Positions 54,029-63,500 of a DNA stretch of 64,000 nucleotides are shown one piece after another. The notes under the pieces are model-generated. The model saw only the letters and a list, made by a program, of their open reading frames with translations. It did not search any database and was not told where the DNA came from. Source of the stretch: Candidatus Peregrinibacteria bacterium (GTDB lineage Bacteria; Patescibacteriota; Gracilibacteria; Peribacterales; Peribacteraceae). Location: contig JACPXZ010000029.1 of assembly GCA_016196225.1 (NCBI GenBank), forward strand, positions 24,849 to 88,848. The letters run 5' to 3'. Position 1 is the first letter of the stretch. Every line of letters starts with the position of its first letter. A program made the position numbers and the translations under genes.

Positions 54029-55483
54029 TCATAATGGTGGTTTGCGCGTATGCCAATCCGTTGCTTGCTGAAATGCATATCCGGCATTCAACATACGTCC
54101 TTCCTCCCAATGTGGACCCATAATCTGGAGGCCAATCGGGAGGTTTTTTTTAGAGAATCCGGATGGGATAGAAATGGCGGGAATCCCCGCAAGGTTTTGA
54201 GGGGTAAGGAGGATATCTTCGAGGTACATGGCAACAGGATCGTTTTGATGGGCACCTATGCCGAAAGGGGGATTTGGAGATGTGGGAGCGATGATGACAT
54301 CTACTGTTTTAAATGCTTCATCGAAATCATTTGTAATGAGCGTACGCACTTTTTGTGCTTTTCGGTAGTATGCCTCAAAGTATCCGGCCGACAGGAGGTA
54401 GGTCCCGATAATGATACGGCGTTTTATTTCATCTCCGAACCCCTCCGAGCGGACACGTTCGTAATAGTCGATGAGGTGTTTGGGGGTCTTGATGGAGTGA
54501 CCAAAGCGCACCCCATCATAGCGAGCCATGTTAGAACTTACTTCCGATGGGCAGATGATGTAGTACGTTGGGAGTGCGTACTCGGTATGCGGGAGTGAAA
54601 TATCGATTATCGTTGCCCCAAGCTTTTCGAATGTTTTCGCGGCATCCTTAGTTGCCTGCTCAATGTCCGTATGGAGTCCATCAATAAAGTATTCTCTTGG
54701 CAGTCCGATTTTCATCCCTTTTATGACCCCTGTGAGATGTTTAGGATAATCGGGAACGGGAATATTTCCTGTGGTTGCATCGTAAGGGTCATGTCCGGCG
54801 ATGGTTCTAAGAATGATTGCGATATCCTCAACATTTTTTGCAAGAGGACCAATCGTATCAAGCGAACTTGCCATGCTCATGACGCCGTATCGACTGGTGC
54901 GGCCATAGGTTACTTTCAGCCCTGTACATCCGCAAAAGCTTGCCGGTAGACGAATGGAACTCCCGGTGTCGGTACCGAGTCCAAACAGACATTCATCGGA
55001 TGCAACACCTGCGGCCGAACCTCCGGATGATCCACCGGCCACTCTTGTCGTATCCCATGGTGTACTCGTGGGTCCAAAGCAAGAGGTTTCTGTCGAACTC
55101 CCCATGGTGAATTCATCGGTATTCGACTTACCGATACTAATGGCACCAACATTCTTGAGTCTCTTCGTGGTCGTACAATCGAAAGGAGGAATGTACACAG
55201 GGTCTTGCAAAATCCGAGAGCAGGCAGTGGTGGGGACTCCGGCTTCGCAGAAATTATCTTTGGTAAGGTAGGGGATACCCGTCAGAGGGTGATCAAAAAT
55301 ACCGGAAGAATCTATTTTTTTGGCTTCTTTTAGGGCTGAATCAAAATTACGAAAAACGACTGCATTGATCGATGAATCGATCTTTTCGATGCGATCAATG
55401 CACGATTGCACAAGCTCCTCAGCAGAAATTTCTTTTTTCTTAAGTTTGCGATGTGCATCGGTGATGGAAAGAGAGGAAAGCAT
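54029..55483 (-). CDS. gatA: Glutamyl/aspartyl-tRNA amidotransferase subunit A
   Basis: It carries the amidase signature ..GGSSGGSAAGVASD..GTDTGSSIRLPASFCG... Confidence 0.94.
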   Translation of the reverse strand: MLSSLSITDAHRKLKKKEISAEELVQSCIDRIEKIDSSINAVVFRNFDSALKEAKKIDSSGIFDHPLTGIPYLTKDNFCEAGVPTTACSRILQDPVYIPPFDCTTTKRLKNVGAISIGKSNTDEFTMGSSTETSCFGPTSTPWDTTRVAGGSSGGSAAGVASDECLFGLGTDTGSSIRLPASFCGCTGLKVTYGRTSRYGVMSMASSLDTIGPLAKNVEDIAIILRTIAGHDPYDATTGNIPVPDYPKHLTGVIKGMKIGLPREYFIDGLHTDIEQATKDAAKTFEKLGATIIDISLPHTEYALPTYYIICPSEVSSNMARYDGVRFGHSIKTPKHLIDYYERVRSEGFGDEIKRRIIIGTYLLSAGYFEAYYRKAQKVRTLITNDFDEAFKTVDVIIAPTSPNPPFGIGAHQNDPVAMYLEDILLTPQNLAGIPAISIPSGFSKKNLPIGLQIMGPHWEEGRMLNAGYAFQQATDWHTRKPPL

Positions 55484-55496
55484 GGAAAATTACTTT

Positions 55497-55793
55497 TTAA
55501 CCATGAGCAGAAGGAGTTTGGATTTGATGCTCAATAATAGGGAGGGGGCTGCATGAAAGGATATCGTCCGGTTTTATGTGTTGTTGCTCTATCACATCCG
55601 GCCGATAGATGTTTTGTAATTGATTCATTTGGCTTGTCGGTTCTACCCCCTCCGTATTCACGTCCTGCAGTTTTTCAACATATTTGAGGATGTCGGTCAG
55701 TTCTTGCAAAAAACGTTTTTCTTCATCGCCAGTGAGGGTAAGGCGTGCCAGAGCTGCTAAATGTCGCACTTGGTCGAGTGTCAGCTTTGTCAT
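55497..55793 (-). CDS. gatC: Glutamyl/aspartyl-tRNA amidotransferase subunit C
   Basis: The sequence is MTKLTLDQVRHLAALARLTLTGDEEKRFLQELTDILKYVEKLQDVNTEGVEPT. Confidence 0.9.
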   Translation of the reverse strand: MTKLTLDQVRHLAALARLTLTGDEEKRFLQELTDILKYVEKLQDVNTEGVEPTSQMNQLQNIYRPDVIEQQHIKPDDILSCSPLPIIEHQIQTPSAHG

Positions 55794-55807
55794 ACGATGA
55801 GGATAGC

Positions 55808-56149
55808 ATGAAACTCTCTCATCTCACTGGGCGAAAAACCTGCGATCATATCCGAACAAAAGGGTGTGTATGGAGAGGAAAAACGATGGTGATCCGATGG
55901 ATAAAAGGAAAAGAGGAAGGGGTATATGTAGGAACGTATGCCCCAGGGACACTCCATAAATCCGCGGTAAAGCGCAACCGGATGCGTCGGCGATGTCGGG
56001 AGGCATTACGCATCACGATGCAGAAACACACCAAAGTTCCCCCAATGCAATTGTTGCTTTGTCCCAGAATCGCTAGTCTTGGTGCACCGTTTCCTGATAT
56101 TTGCGCGGATATCGATTCCTTTATTTCATCCCGGTCTTCTCATGTCTGA
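55808..56149 (+). CDS. rnpA: RNase P protein component
   Basis: It has the RNR motif ..KSAVKRNRMRRRCREAL... ATG 55808 is in frame within ORF 55745..56149. Confidence 0.85.
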   Translation: MKLSHLTGRKTCDHIRTKGCVWRGKTMVIRWIKGKEEGVYVGTYAPGTLHKSAVKRNRMRRRCREALRITMQKHTKVPPMQLLLCPRIASLGAPFPDICADIDSFISSRSSHV

Positions 56150-57308
56150 AAAACGTCATTCGAGGGCATTGCAGCTCCTGATTATTTTTGTTTTTGCCTA
56201 TCTGTTATCCGAGGGGTTGATGCGGATGTTCTTCCCCGATAAATATCAGGGCGTTCCCCAAAAGGGGATTATGCTTACGGCAGAGGATGCGACAATCAGG
56301 GGCGGTCATCATCCCATTATGCATGTGCGAAATGGTGCCGATGCTCCTTTTGTATTCAATAATCGCTGTCCGATGCCACCGGTGGATGTGCTCAGGAAGG
56401 AGGGAGAGACATTCAAAGAACTTCAAACGCGCGAGACGGTTCTGCCGTGCACAGCGCTACCCACGTTGCAACCGGGTGACGAGCAACGCATAGATCTTGC
56501 GCCGTGGAAGTATTCGCTCTTTGGGGAATACGGAACATATCAGATCCGGTTAAAGGGGGGGGATACATCGGTGGAGATCGAACTCTATGAGCCGGGAGGA
56601 CTTGTAAAAATGTTCCGCGTCTTTATTACCAAGCCATTCCTCAATGCTCTTATATGGTTCGCATCCTTGCTCCCTGATCATAGTCTCGGTATTGGGGTAA
56701 TTGTTCTTACGCTCCTCGTAAAGTTAGGGCTGTACTTTCCGACGCAGCACGCGCTCCAGGGACAAAAGCGGATGCAGCTCCTGCAGCCGAAGATCGAAGC
56801 GCTCAAAAAACGGTACGACTCTGACCGGGAAAAGCTCAATCAGGAGATGATGAAGCTCTGGAAGGCGGAGGGGATCAATCCGTTTTCATCCTTTTTGCCG
56901 ATGCTGCTCCAGTTCCCCATCCTGATCGGACTTTTCTTTGTCATTCGCGATGGAGCGATATTGGAGTTGTCGCAGCACCTTTTGTATGCCCCCTATAAGG
57001 ATCTCTCGTGGACATTCGGCACCACGTTTTTATGGATGGATCTCACGAAGCCCAATATTACTTTTTTTCCGCTTATGCTTGCGGCATTGCAGTTCATCCA
57101 AATGAAGTTGTCGTTTAGCCATGCCAAGGCCAAGCAAGAGGGGAAGACCGAGGGGCAGGAGCTGCAGCAGAAGGTGATGTTATATGCACTCCCTCTCATG
57201 ATCGGTTTCTTCGCGTTTCAATTTCCCGCGGCAGTGAGCTTATATTGGGGTGTCAGCACGCTCTTCGCGATAGGACAACAGATGGTGGTGAATCGAAAGA
57301 CTTCCTAG
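56142..57308 (+). CDS. yidC: Membrane protein insertase YidC
   Basis: The C-terminal 60-kDa-IMP core reads ..GIGVIVLTLLVKLGLYFPT..QPKIEALKKRY..GINPFSSFLPMLLQFPILIGLF... It overlaps the rnpA stop. Confidence 0.9.
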   Translation: MSEKRHSRALQLLIIFVFAYLLSEGLMRMFFPDKYQGVPQKGIMLTAEDATIRGGHHPIMHVRNGADAPFVFNNRCPMPPVDVLRKEGETFKELQTRETVLPCTALPTLQPGDEQRIDLAPWKYSLFGEYGTYQIRLKGGDTSVEIELYEPGGLVKMFRVFITKPFLNALIWFASLLPDHSLGIGVIVLTLLVKLGLYFPTQHALQGQKRMQLLQPKIEALKKRYDSDREKLNQEMMKLWKAEGINPFSSFLPMLLQFPILIGLFFVIRDGAILELSQHLLYAPYKDLSWTFGTTFLWMDLTKPNITFFPLMLAALQFIQMKLSFSHAKAKQEGKTEGQELQQKVMLYALPLMIGFFAFQFPAAVSLYWGVSTLFAIGQQMVVNRKTS

Positions 57309-57324
57309 AGCGTGTTCAGTGGTA

Positions 57325-57447
57325 CCCCTCCCTGGAGGGAGGGGAAGGGCACGTCGGTCGCGACCGACGTGCCAGGGGAGGGGGTAAAGAGTATCACCCC
57401 CCTCCTTTATCCTCCCCCGCGGGGGGAGGTGCCCAACCATTTTTTTA
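57325..57447. terminator. Cluster of four consecutive GC-rich hairpins between convergent yidC and fba, ending in a T-run
   Basis: The first hairpin is cccctccc-tgga-gggagggg. The second is the perfect 26-bp palindrome GGCACGTCGGTCGCGACCGACGTGCC (57348-57373). The third is ggaggggg..cccccctcc and the fourth is cctccccc-gc-ggggggagg. The run tttttt follows. Confidence 0.6.
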
Positions 57448-58473
57448 TTCCATTGTTTTCGCATACTCCCCCCTCTGTGCCAGTCCATTCAACCGTGCTC
57501 TCTTTAAGAATGCTTCTTGCGCCGCAGCAACGTTTTCATTCTTCCCTCCCCACGTTTTGAGAGCATCGTCCTGCAAGGCGCGGCCGTAGCTAAAGGTAAG
57601 GATCCAGGGGGCCTTCACTTTTTTGGCTTGGAGAGCGCATGCATTCAAATTCTCCGTTGCTTGCACGGAGCTCTGGCCACCGGAGAGGAAGACAATACCC
57701 GGCATCGAGGAAGGAAGAGATGCCTGAAAGGCCTTGAGAGTCGCAGTGCCCACGTCTTCCGGAGCATCTTTTTTTGTTTCTTTGCCGGAGAGGACCATAT
57801 TCGTTTTAAGAATCGTAAGAGCCGGATCAACCTGTTGAGCCTCCATACATGTATAGAGCATTTCGAGGGTTCGACTCGTGACCGACGCGCATTGATCCAA
57901 AGCATGACTGCCGTCCATGAGGATCTCCGGCTCGCAGATCGGGACATATCCCTCGCTTTGGGACCAGGCGGCCTGCTCGGCCATGATGTGCATCGCATAA
58001 TCGAGAAAGCTGACACTTGGAGTGGGATCAACCAAAATAACCTGTCGCCATTTGGTGAATCCAAGGGTGCCGTTGCTACGGTCGGTATATTCTTTAAGTC
58101 TCTTCCCTAAGCCATTTAATCCGCGGGTGAGGCTTTGTGGGTTCCAGAAGGGATGTTCCTCCTTCCCTTCGTCTGTTTTGATGCCGGGGATCACTCCCCG
58201 TGCAGCAATCGTTTCGGAAAAGGTCGGCCCCTTTCGACTTTTTTGGTCGACGGTCTCGTCGTAGAGAATGACTCCACTGATGAAGTTCTGGTACCCCTGT
58301 GTTGTGAGGAGCATATCGCGGTAGTCGCGGCGGGATTCCTCCGTACTCTCGAGCGCAATCGAGGCGAAGCGTTTTTTGATGGTCCCCGAAGACTCATCGG
58401 CGGCCAAAATACCCTTGCCGGGGGTAAGGAGAGTATGAATTGTCTTTTGCATTTTTTGAGCGTCGAGCGTCAT
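57445..58473 (-). CDS. fba: Fructose-bisphosphate aldolase, class I
   Basis: The sequence reads ..GKGILAADESSGTIKKRF..EESRRDYRDMLLTT..ISGVILYDETV..IPGIKTDEG... ATG 58473 is in frame within ORF 57445..58527. Confidence 0.9.
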   Translation of the reverse strand: MTLDAQKMQKTIHTLLTPGKGILAADESSGTIKKRFASIALESTEESRRDYRDMLLTTQGYQNFISGVILYDETVDQKSRKGPTFSETIAARGVIPGIKTDEGKEEHPFWNPQSLTRGLNGLGKRLKEYTDRSNGTLGFTKWRQVILVDPTPSVSFLDYAMHIMAEQAAWSQSEGYVPICEPEILMDGSHALDQCASVTSRTLEMLYTCMEAQQVDPALTILKTNMVLSGKETKKDAPEDVGTATLKAFQASLPSSMPGIVFLSGGQSSVQATENLNACALQAKKVKAPWILTFSYGRALQDDALKTWGGKNENVAAAQEAFLKRARLNGLAQRGEYAKTME

Positions 58474-58479
58474 AGGCGG

Positions 58480-58486
58480 TACACTA
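58480..58486. promoter_or_regulatory. Overlapping back-to-back -10-like hexamers in the 18-bp fba/cysS divergent spacer
   Basis: TACACT (+, 58480-58485) lies 6 nt before the cysS ATG. TAGTGT (-, 58486-58481) lies 7 nt before the fba ATG. Confidence 0.4.
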
Positions 58487-58491
58487 CTCTT

Positions 58492-59997
58492 ATGAGTCTG
58501 CGTTTGTACAACACATTGACCAAGCATGAAGAAGATTTTTCTTCTCTACAAAAAGGAAAAGTCACGATGTACACGTGTGGTCCAACGGTATACGGGCGGC
58601 CGCATATCGGGAACTACGCATCGTTCCTTATGGCCGATCTCCTCCGACGATGGCTGGAAGCAGGGCACGGGTACTCCGTGACACATGTGAAAAATATTAC
58701 CGATGTCGGTCATCTTCTTCATGATGCGGATCATGGAGACGACAAAATTCAGAAAGAAGCAGAAAAGGAGAAGCTCCATCCATTGAAAATCGCACGTCGC
58801 TATGAGCGGGAATTTTTGGAGGATGAACACGCGCTCAATATTCTCAATCCACATCATCGTCCCCGTGCGTCCGAATATATAAAAGAACAACTAGCAATGA
58901 TCAAGAAACTTCTCAAAAAGAAATGTGCATACGAAACAGACGATGGAATCTATTTCGATGTATCGACTTTTCCTCATTATGGAGACCTTTCTGGCAATAC
59001 TTTGGATAATATTGCGGCGGGAAAACGAGTACAGGTGAATGAAAAAAAACGTCATCCGGCGGACTTTGCATTGTGGAAGAAGTGTATCGGTGACAATGCC
59101 AAACATATTCTTCGATGGCATGTTGAGAGCGGAGAAGTGAGTACATCCGCAGGGGATGATCCGTGTTCCGGATTCCCCGGTTGGCACATCGAGTGTAGTG
59201 CGATGAGTAGTACGCTCCTTGGGAACCAAATCGATATTCATACGGGAGGAGAGGACAACATTTTTCCTCATCATGAATGTGAGATTGCCCAGTCCGAGTG
59301 TGCAACTCACAAAAAACCATTTGTACGGTACTGGCTCCATCGACGACGCATCAACATTGGTTCGACAAGCTCACCACAGGGGGTACAAAAAATGTCAAAA
59401 AGTCTTGGCAATGTGTTAAGTTTAGATGACATTATCGCGATGGGGTATTCTCCATTGGACCTTCGATACTATCTTCTCTCTGTTCATTATCGAACCAATT
59501 TGAAGTTTACGAAGAAGGGGTTGGAGGATGCACATATCGCACGACGGAGGATTGTTGAATGGATGAGAGAACAGGGACAACGTGAATTTGCGAGTCATGG
59601 ATCATCTCACGATATTAAAGATTTCTCTATACAGAAGATAAAAGGGTTCTATGAGGATTTTAAAAATTCGATGGATAACGATCTGACAACGCCGGCTGCT
59701 TTAGGAGCGGTATTCGAGTGTATGAACTATGTGAACAGCGCGTCGACGCCGGGAGACGACGGTCATACGTTATTGAAGGATTTTGTAACAATGATACAGC
59801 GTACTTTTGGCTGTTTTGATATCGAGGAGGAGAGTATTCCTCCCGTAGTACGGAGTCTTGTTCGTAAGCGGGAGGAGGCTCGCAGGGGGGGGGATTTTGC
59901 GAAAGCCGATGCGTTACGTAACGACGTTTTGGCTCTGGGATACGAAATTCGCGATGGAGAAGGGGGGTCGAAACTGCTAAAACAGGCAAAAAAGTGA
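58492..59997 (+). CDS. cysS: Cysteinyl-tRNA synthetase
   Basis: The sequence reads MSLRLYNTLTKHEE..MYTCGPTVYGRPHIGN (HIGH) ..KMSKSLGN. ATG 58492 is in frame within ORF 58135..59997. Confidence 0.94.
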   Translation: MSLRLYNTLTKHEEDFSSLQKGKVTMYTCGPTVYGRPHIGNYASFLMADLLRRWLEAGHGYSVTHVKNITDVGHLLHDADHGDDKIQKEAEKEKLHPLKIARRYEREFLEDEHALNILNPHHRPRASEYIKEQLAMIKKLLKKKCAYETDDGIYFDVSTFPHYGDLSGNTLDNIAAGKRVQVNEKKRHPADFALWKKCIGDNAKHILRWHVESGEVSTSAGDDPCSGFPGWHIECSAMSSTLLGNQIDIHTGGEDNIFPHHECEIAQSECATHKKPFVRYWLHRRRINIGSTSSPQGVQKMSKSLGNVLSLDDIIAMGYSPLDLRYYLLSVHYRTNLKFTKKGLEDAHIARRRIVEWMREQGQREFASHGSSHDIKDFSIQKIKGFYEDFKNSMDNDLTTPAALGAVFECMNYVNSASTPGDDGHTLLKDFVTMIQRTFGCFDIEEESIPPVVRSLVRKREEARRGGDFAKADALRNDVLALGYEIRDGEGGSKLLKQAKK

Positions 59998-60582
59998 ATA
60001 TTTCTTTACTTTTTGTTCAAAATTGTTACATCGATCGGCGGTTTGAGAGATGAATCACAAGAAAATCTTACAATTTCAAGAGTATTTATATGGATCAAAT
60101 TATTGTTCAAAATGACAAACAGAGCATAAATTTGTAGGGAGAAGAGGCAATAAATGCCTGAGTGGAGCGCAAAGGTATTTCTATGGTTTTGAGGAGTTTC
60201 TGTAACAGAAGGGGGGATGAGCCGTTTTTAAAGGCGCACAGGGATCTTTGAATCACTTGCGCTATGCGGTGTGTTCTCGTTAGCATCCCTCTGATCCCCC
60301 TCTCCCGAGGGGGAAGACCCTGCGTCATGGATCTTTTACAAGTCGGCACCTTGCCTTTGCATCCAGAGCGATCCAAAGACAAGACTCACATCCTCTTCCT
60401 TATATAGAGGGTCGTGCACTCACGTTGAAATATCGTTGCTCATGTCCTCTCTTTATATTTAAGGAGCATGAGGAAGAACAAGTGTTTTTCCTTCTCCTGT
60501 AGAACATCCGAGCGACGCATCAATAACAGAACAAATATTCATTTCATTCCTTTTGTTTTTATTTCTTTTTCCTTATGCAATT

Positions 60583-63500
60583 ATGGAAATTTCTCGTTTA
60601 AAGAGACTTGCTGCGGGAATCTCTGTTGCGGCAATCACCCTCACGCAAGTGGGGAGTGTCTTTGCAGCATACAAAGATGTTCCCTCAGGGGTTTGGTACG
60701 GGGATGCCGTTATGTCCTTTACGGATGCCGGTTACCTCGATGCCAGCCAAACACGATTCCGCGGTGGCGAGAACGCCAATCGCGCGGAGTTCGTCAAGCT
60801 TGTGGTCGAGTTGAATGGAGGGATACTCTCCGCTGCTCCCGCTGTCCGCAGTTTTGATGATGTGGATTCCGGCGCATGGTACTACGGGTACATGGAGGAG
60901 GCTGCTAAAGAAGGGTGGGTCAGAGGAGATGGCAACTGTTATGGCAGTCACCCCTGTTACGCTCGTCCCAGCGCCAACATTAACCGGGCAGAAGCCGCAG
61001 CCCTCATTGTTCGGGCCTTTGGGCTCGAATGGAGTGGGGACGCAGCACAATTTGTGGATAACCCATCCGGTCAGTGGTACACCGATTCTGTGCAGACAGC
61101 CGCAGATCACTGCGTCCTGCAGGGTGACGATGCCACGGGCCGTGTTCGTCCGAGTGACAACATGAACCGGGCGGAGATGGTGGTCATGCTCCACCGAGTG
61201 GATCAGGGTCTCGTCTATGGCGAGGACTGTGGGACCGGTGAAGCAGGAGGTGGTGGAGTATCGCTCCCGACACTGATGGGAGTGAATGCACTCTCGGCTT
61301 CGTCACTCGAAGTGGAATTCAATGTCCCACTCGATGCCGATACGGCAGAGGACGCAAGCCACTACACCGTCTCGGGTCCGGGGAACCTTTCTGTGGAATC
61401 AGCAACACTTGCCAATGGTTCCACTGTGGAACTCGTGTTGAGTGATGTCATGTCCGCGGGAGGGAACTACACCCTCACCGTTGATGACATGATGACAACG
61501 GATGAGGGAGTCTTCTCCGATGCGTTGTCCTTTAAGGGGTATAGCCCTGTTGTGGTGGGAGATGGCGTACTGGAACTCTCGGTTTCGGCCGCCAATCCCC
61601 GCGGGGATACCGTCCCGCAGGGTGCGGTCGGAGTGGTGATGCTCTCGGTGGACCTTACGGCGTCCTGTGACGATACCGTCACGGTGACCGATGTAACGTT
61701 GCTCCATGAGGGCTTTGGTAGCCAAAGTGATATCGGCGGTGTCTATGCTGCCATCGATGGCGCACGCGTCAGTCGCAAGCGCACCATTGATAGTGAAGAC
61801 CAGACTGCCGATCTTCGGTTCTCTTCTCCATTGGTCATTGCTCCTTGCGAATCGGTGACGGTCGATATCGTCGCGGACTACGGGACAAGCCTGACATCGG
61901 GTGCGGAGCACAACGTCACTGTTGAGCTCCCCACGGACGTTGCCGGGGATGCCAAGGAGGTCCGGGGGAATTTCCCGCTCAAGGGAGAGACCTTCCGTGC
62001 TGCGGCGGTCACAAGCGGTGTCATTACGATTGCATACCGCACGGTGTCGCCGGATGAGGTGGAAGTCGGCAATTTGGATACCGTTGTCGGGAAGTTCGAA
62101 ATTTCAACCAACTCCGTTGAAGACCAGACGTTCTACTCGATGACATTCGAACAGAACAGTTCTGCATCTGACGGAGATTTCCGCAATGTTCGCATCCGCC
62201 GGACGGATGGGACGATCCTAACAAATTCGGTCAGCCAAACGGTTGGCGACTTTGTGACGCTCGTCTTCGATCCGCCGTTTACGCTCCTTGAGGGGGACAA
62301 GATCACCCTTGAGGTGATTGCCGACGTCGTCGGTGGCGCGGGTGATGCGATTATCATGCATTTTGAAGAGTCATCCGATGTCTTTGCCGTCGGATCGCTC
62401 TACGGCTACGGAGTGAATGGTCAGCTCTATGGATCACAGATCACGCTCCCGACCGAAACCTCGACATTGCCGGATACCGTGAATATCGATGCAGGGGAGT
62501 TCACCATCGAAATCGATGGTCCTGCCCAGCAGAAGTACACACGGGATGACAAAGATGTTTCTTTGGCCAATATTCTCATCACGACCGGTGGTGAGGCCGT
62601 GGATATCAAGGATCTCTTCATTGCGATCCAGGGACAAACCGCGACCGGACACAATCTTTCGTTTACCAACGGAACGACATCCGATAACATCTCCGAAGTC
62701 TTGGAAGATGTGGAACTTCGCAACAAAGTAACCGGCCGCACGATCAGTGCGGTGCGGCTCACCGGTACATCCGAGTTTGGTCAGGCCAACAACACGAGTG
62801 GAACGGGATCATTCCAGATCTACCGCTTTGACGACTTTGTTGTGCAGGGCAAGGAAACATGGGAATTCCGCGTCGACTTTATTGATAACGGATCCGATAA
62901 GTCGCCAAGAAACGGCGATCAGTTCCGTATTCAGATCTGTGGCGAGCCGACCCACACGGGGACGCCGCCTGTTGCCAACACGACGACGTGTAGCTTTGCA
63001 GGTCTACTTGCAACGGCATCGACCTCGTACCAATTGAGTATCGAGGGGGTGAGCACCGGGGACCGAGTCGGTGATGTCCGCCCGCGCGGCAACATCTCCG
63101 GCAACTTCCATCGGATCGCCAATGCCTCGCTCACGGTTGCGGTCAAAGCCGGAATTGCCGGTGGAGACACCGCCGTTCAGAATAGCAAGAGCGTTAATCT
63201 CTTCCGGTTCGAAGCGCGCGCAGGAGAGGCGGAGGATATTCTCCTCACCAAGGGTGTCTTCGATACCCGCTCCGGTTCGCTCCTCAACGGGCAAAACTAT
63301 GCGCTGTGGGTGGATACCGACGGCGACACGGTTGTCGATACCATCCTTGAGGATGGTGTGGCAGCTCAGTCCAGTCTTGTGTCCTTCACGGATCTTGCCG
63401 GTGGCGGATACGTGATCCCGAAAGAAGACACGGTGATCTTCGAGGTGCATGCCGATATTGCGGCATCCCTGACCAATAACAGTCTGTACCTCAAGTTCGC

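Noticed and set aside
60107-60382. A 91-aa minus-strand ORF in the S-layer upstream region.
   Set aside because: It has no start context, no motifs and a basic low-complexity composition. It is more likely part of a structured leader.
60468-60857. A 129-aa plus-strand ORF preceded by taaggagc.
   Set aside because: The SD-like sequence is only 1-2 nt from the ATG. The product is Cys/Arg-rich nonsense. It also overlaps the strongly supported SLH protein gene in another frame.
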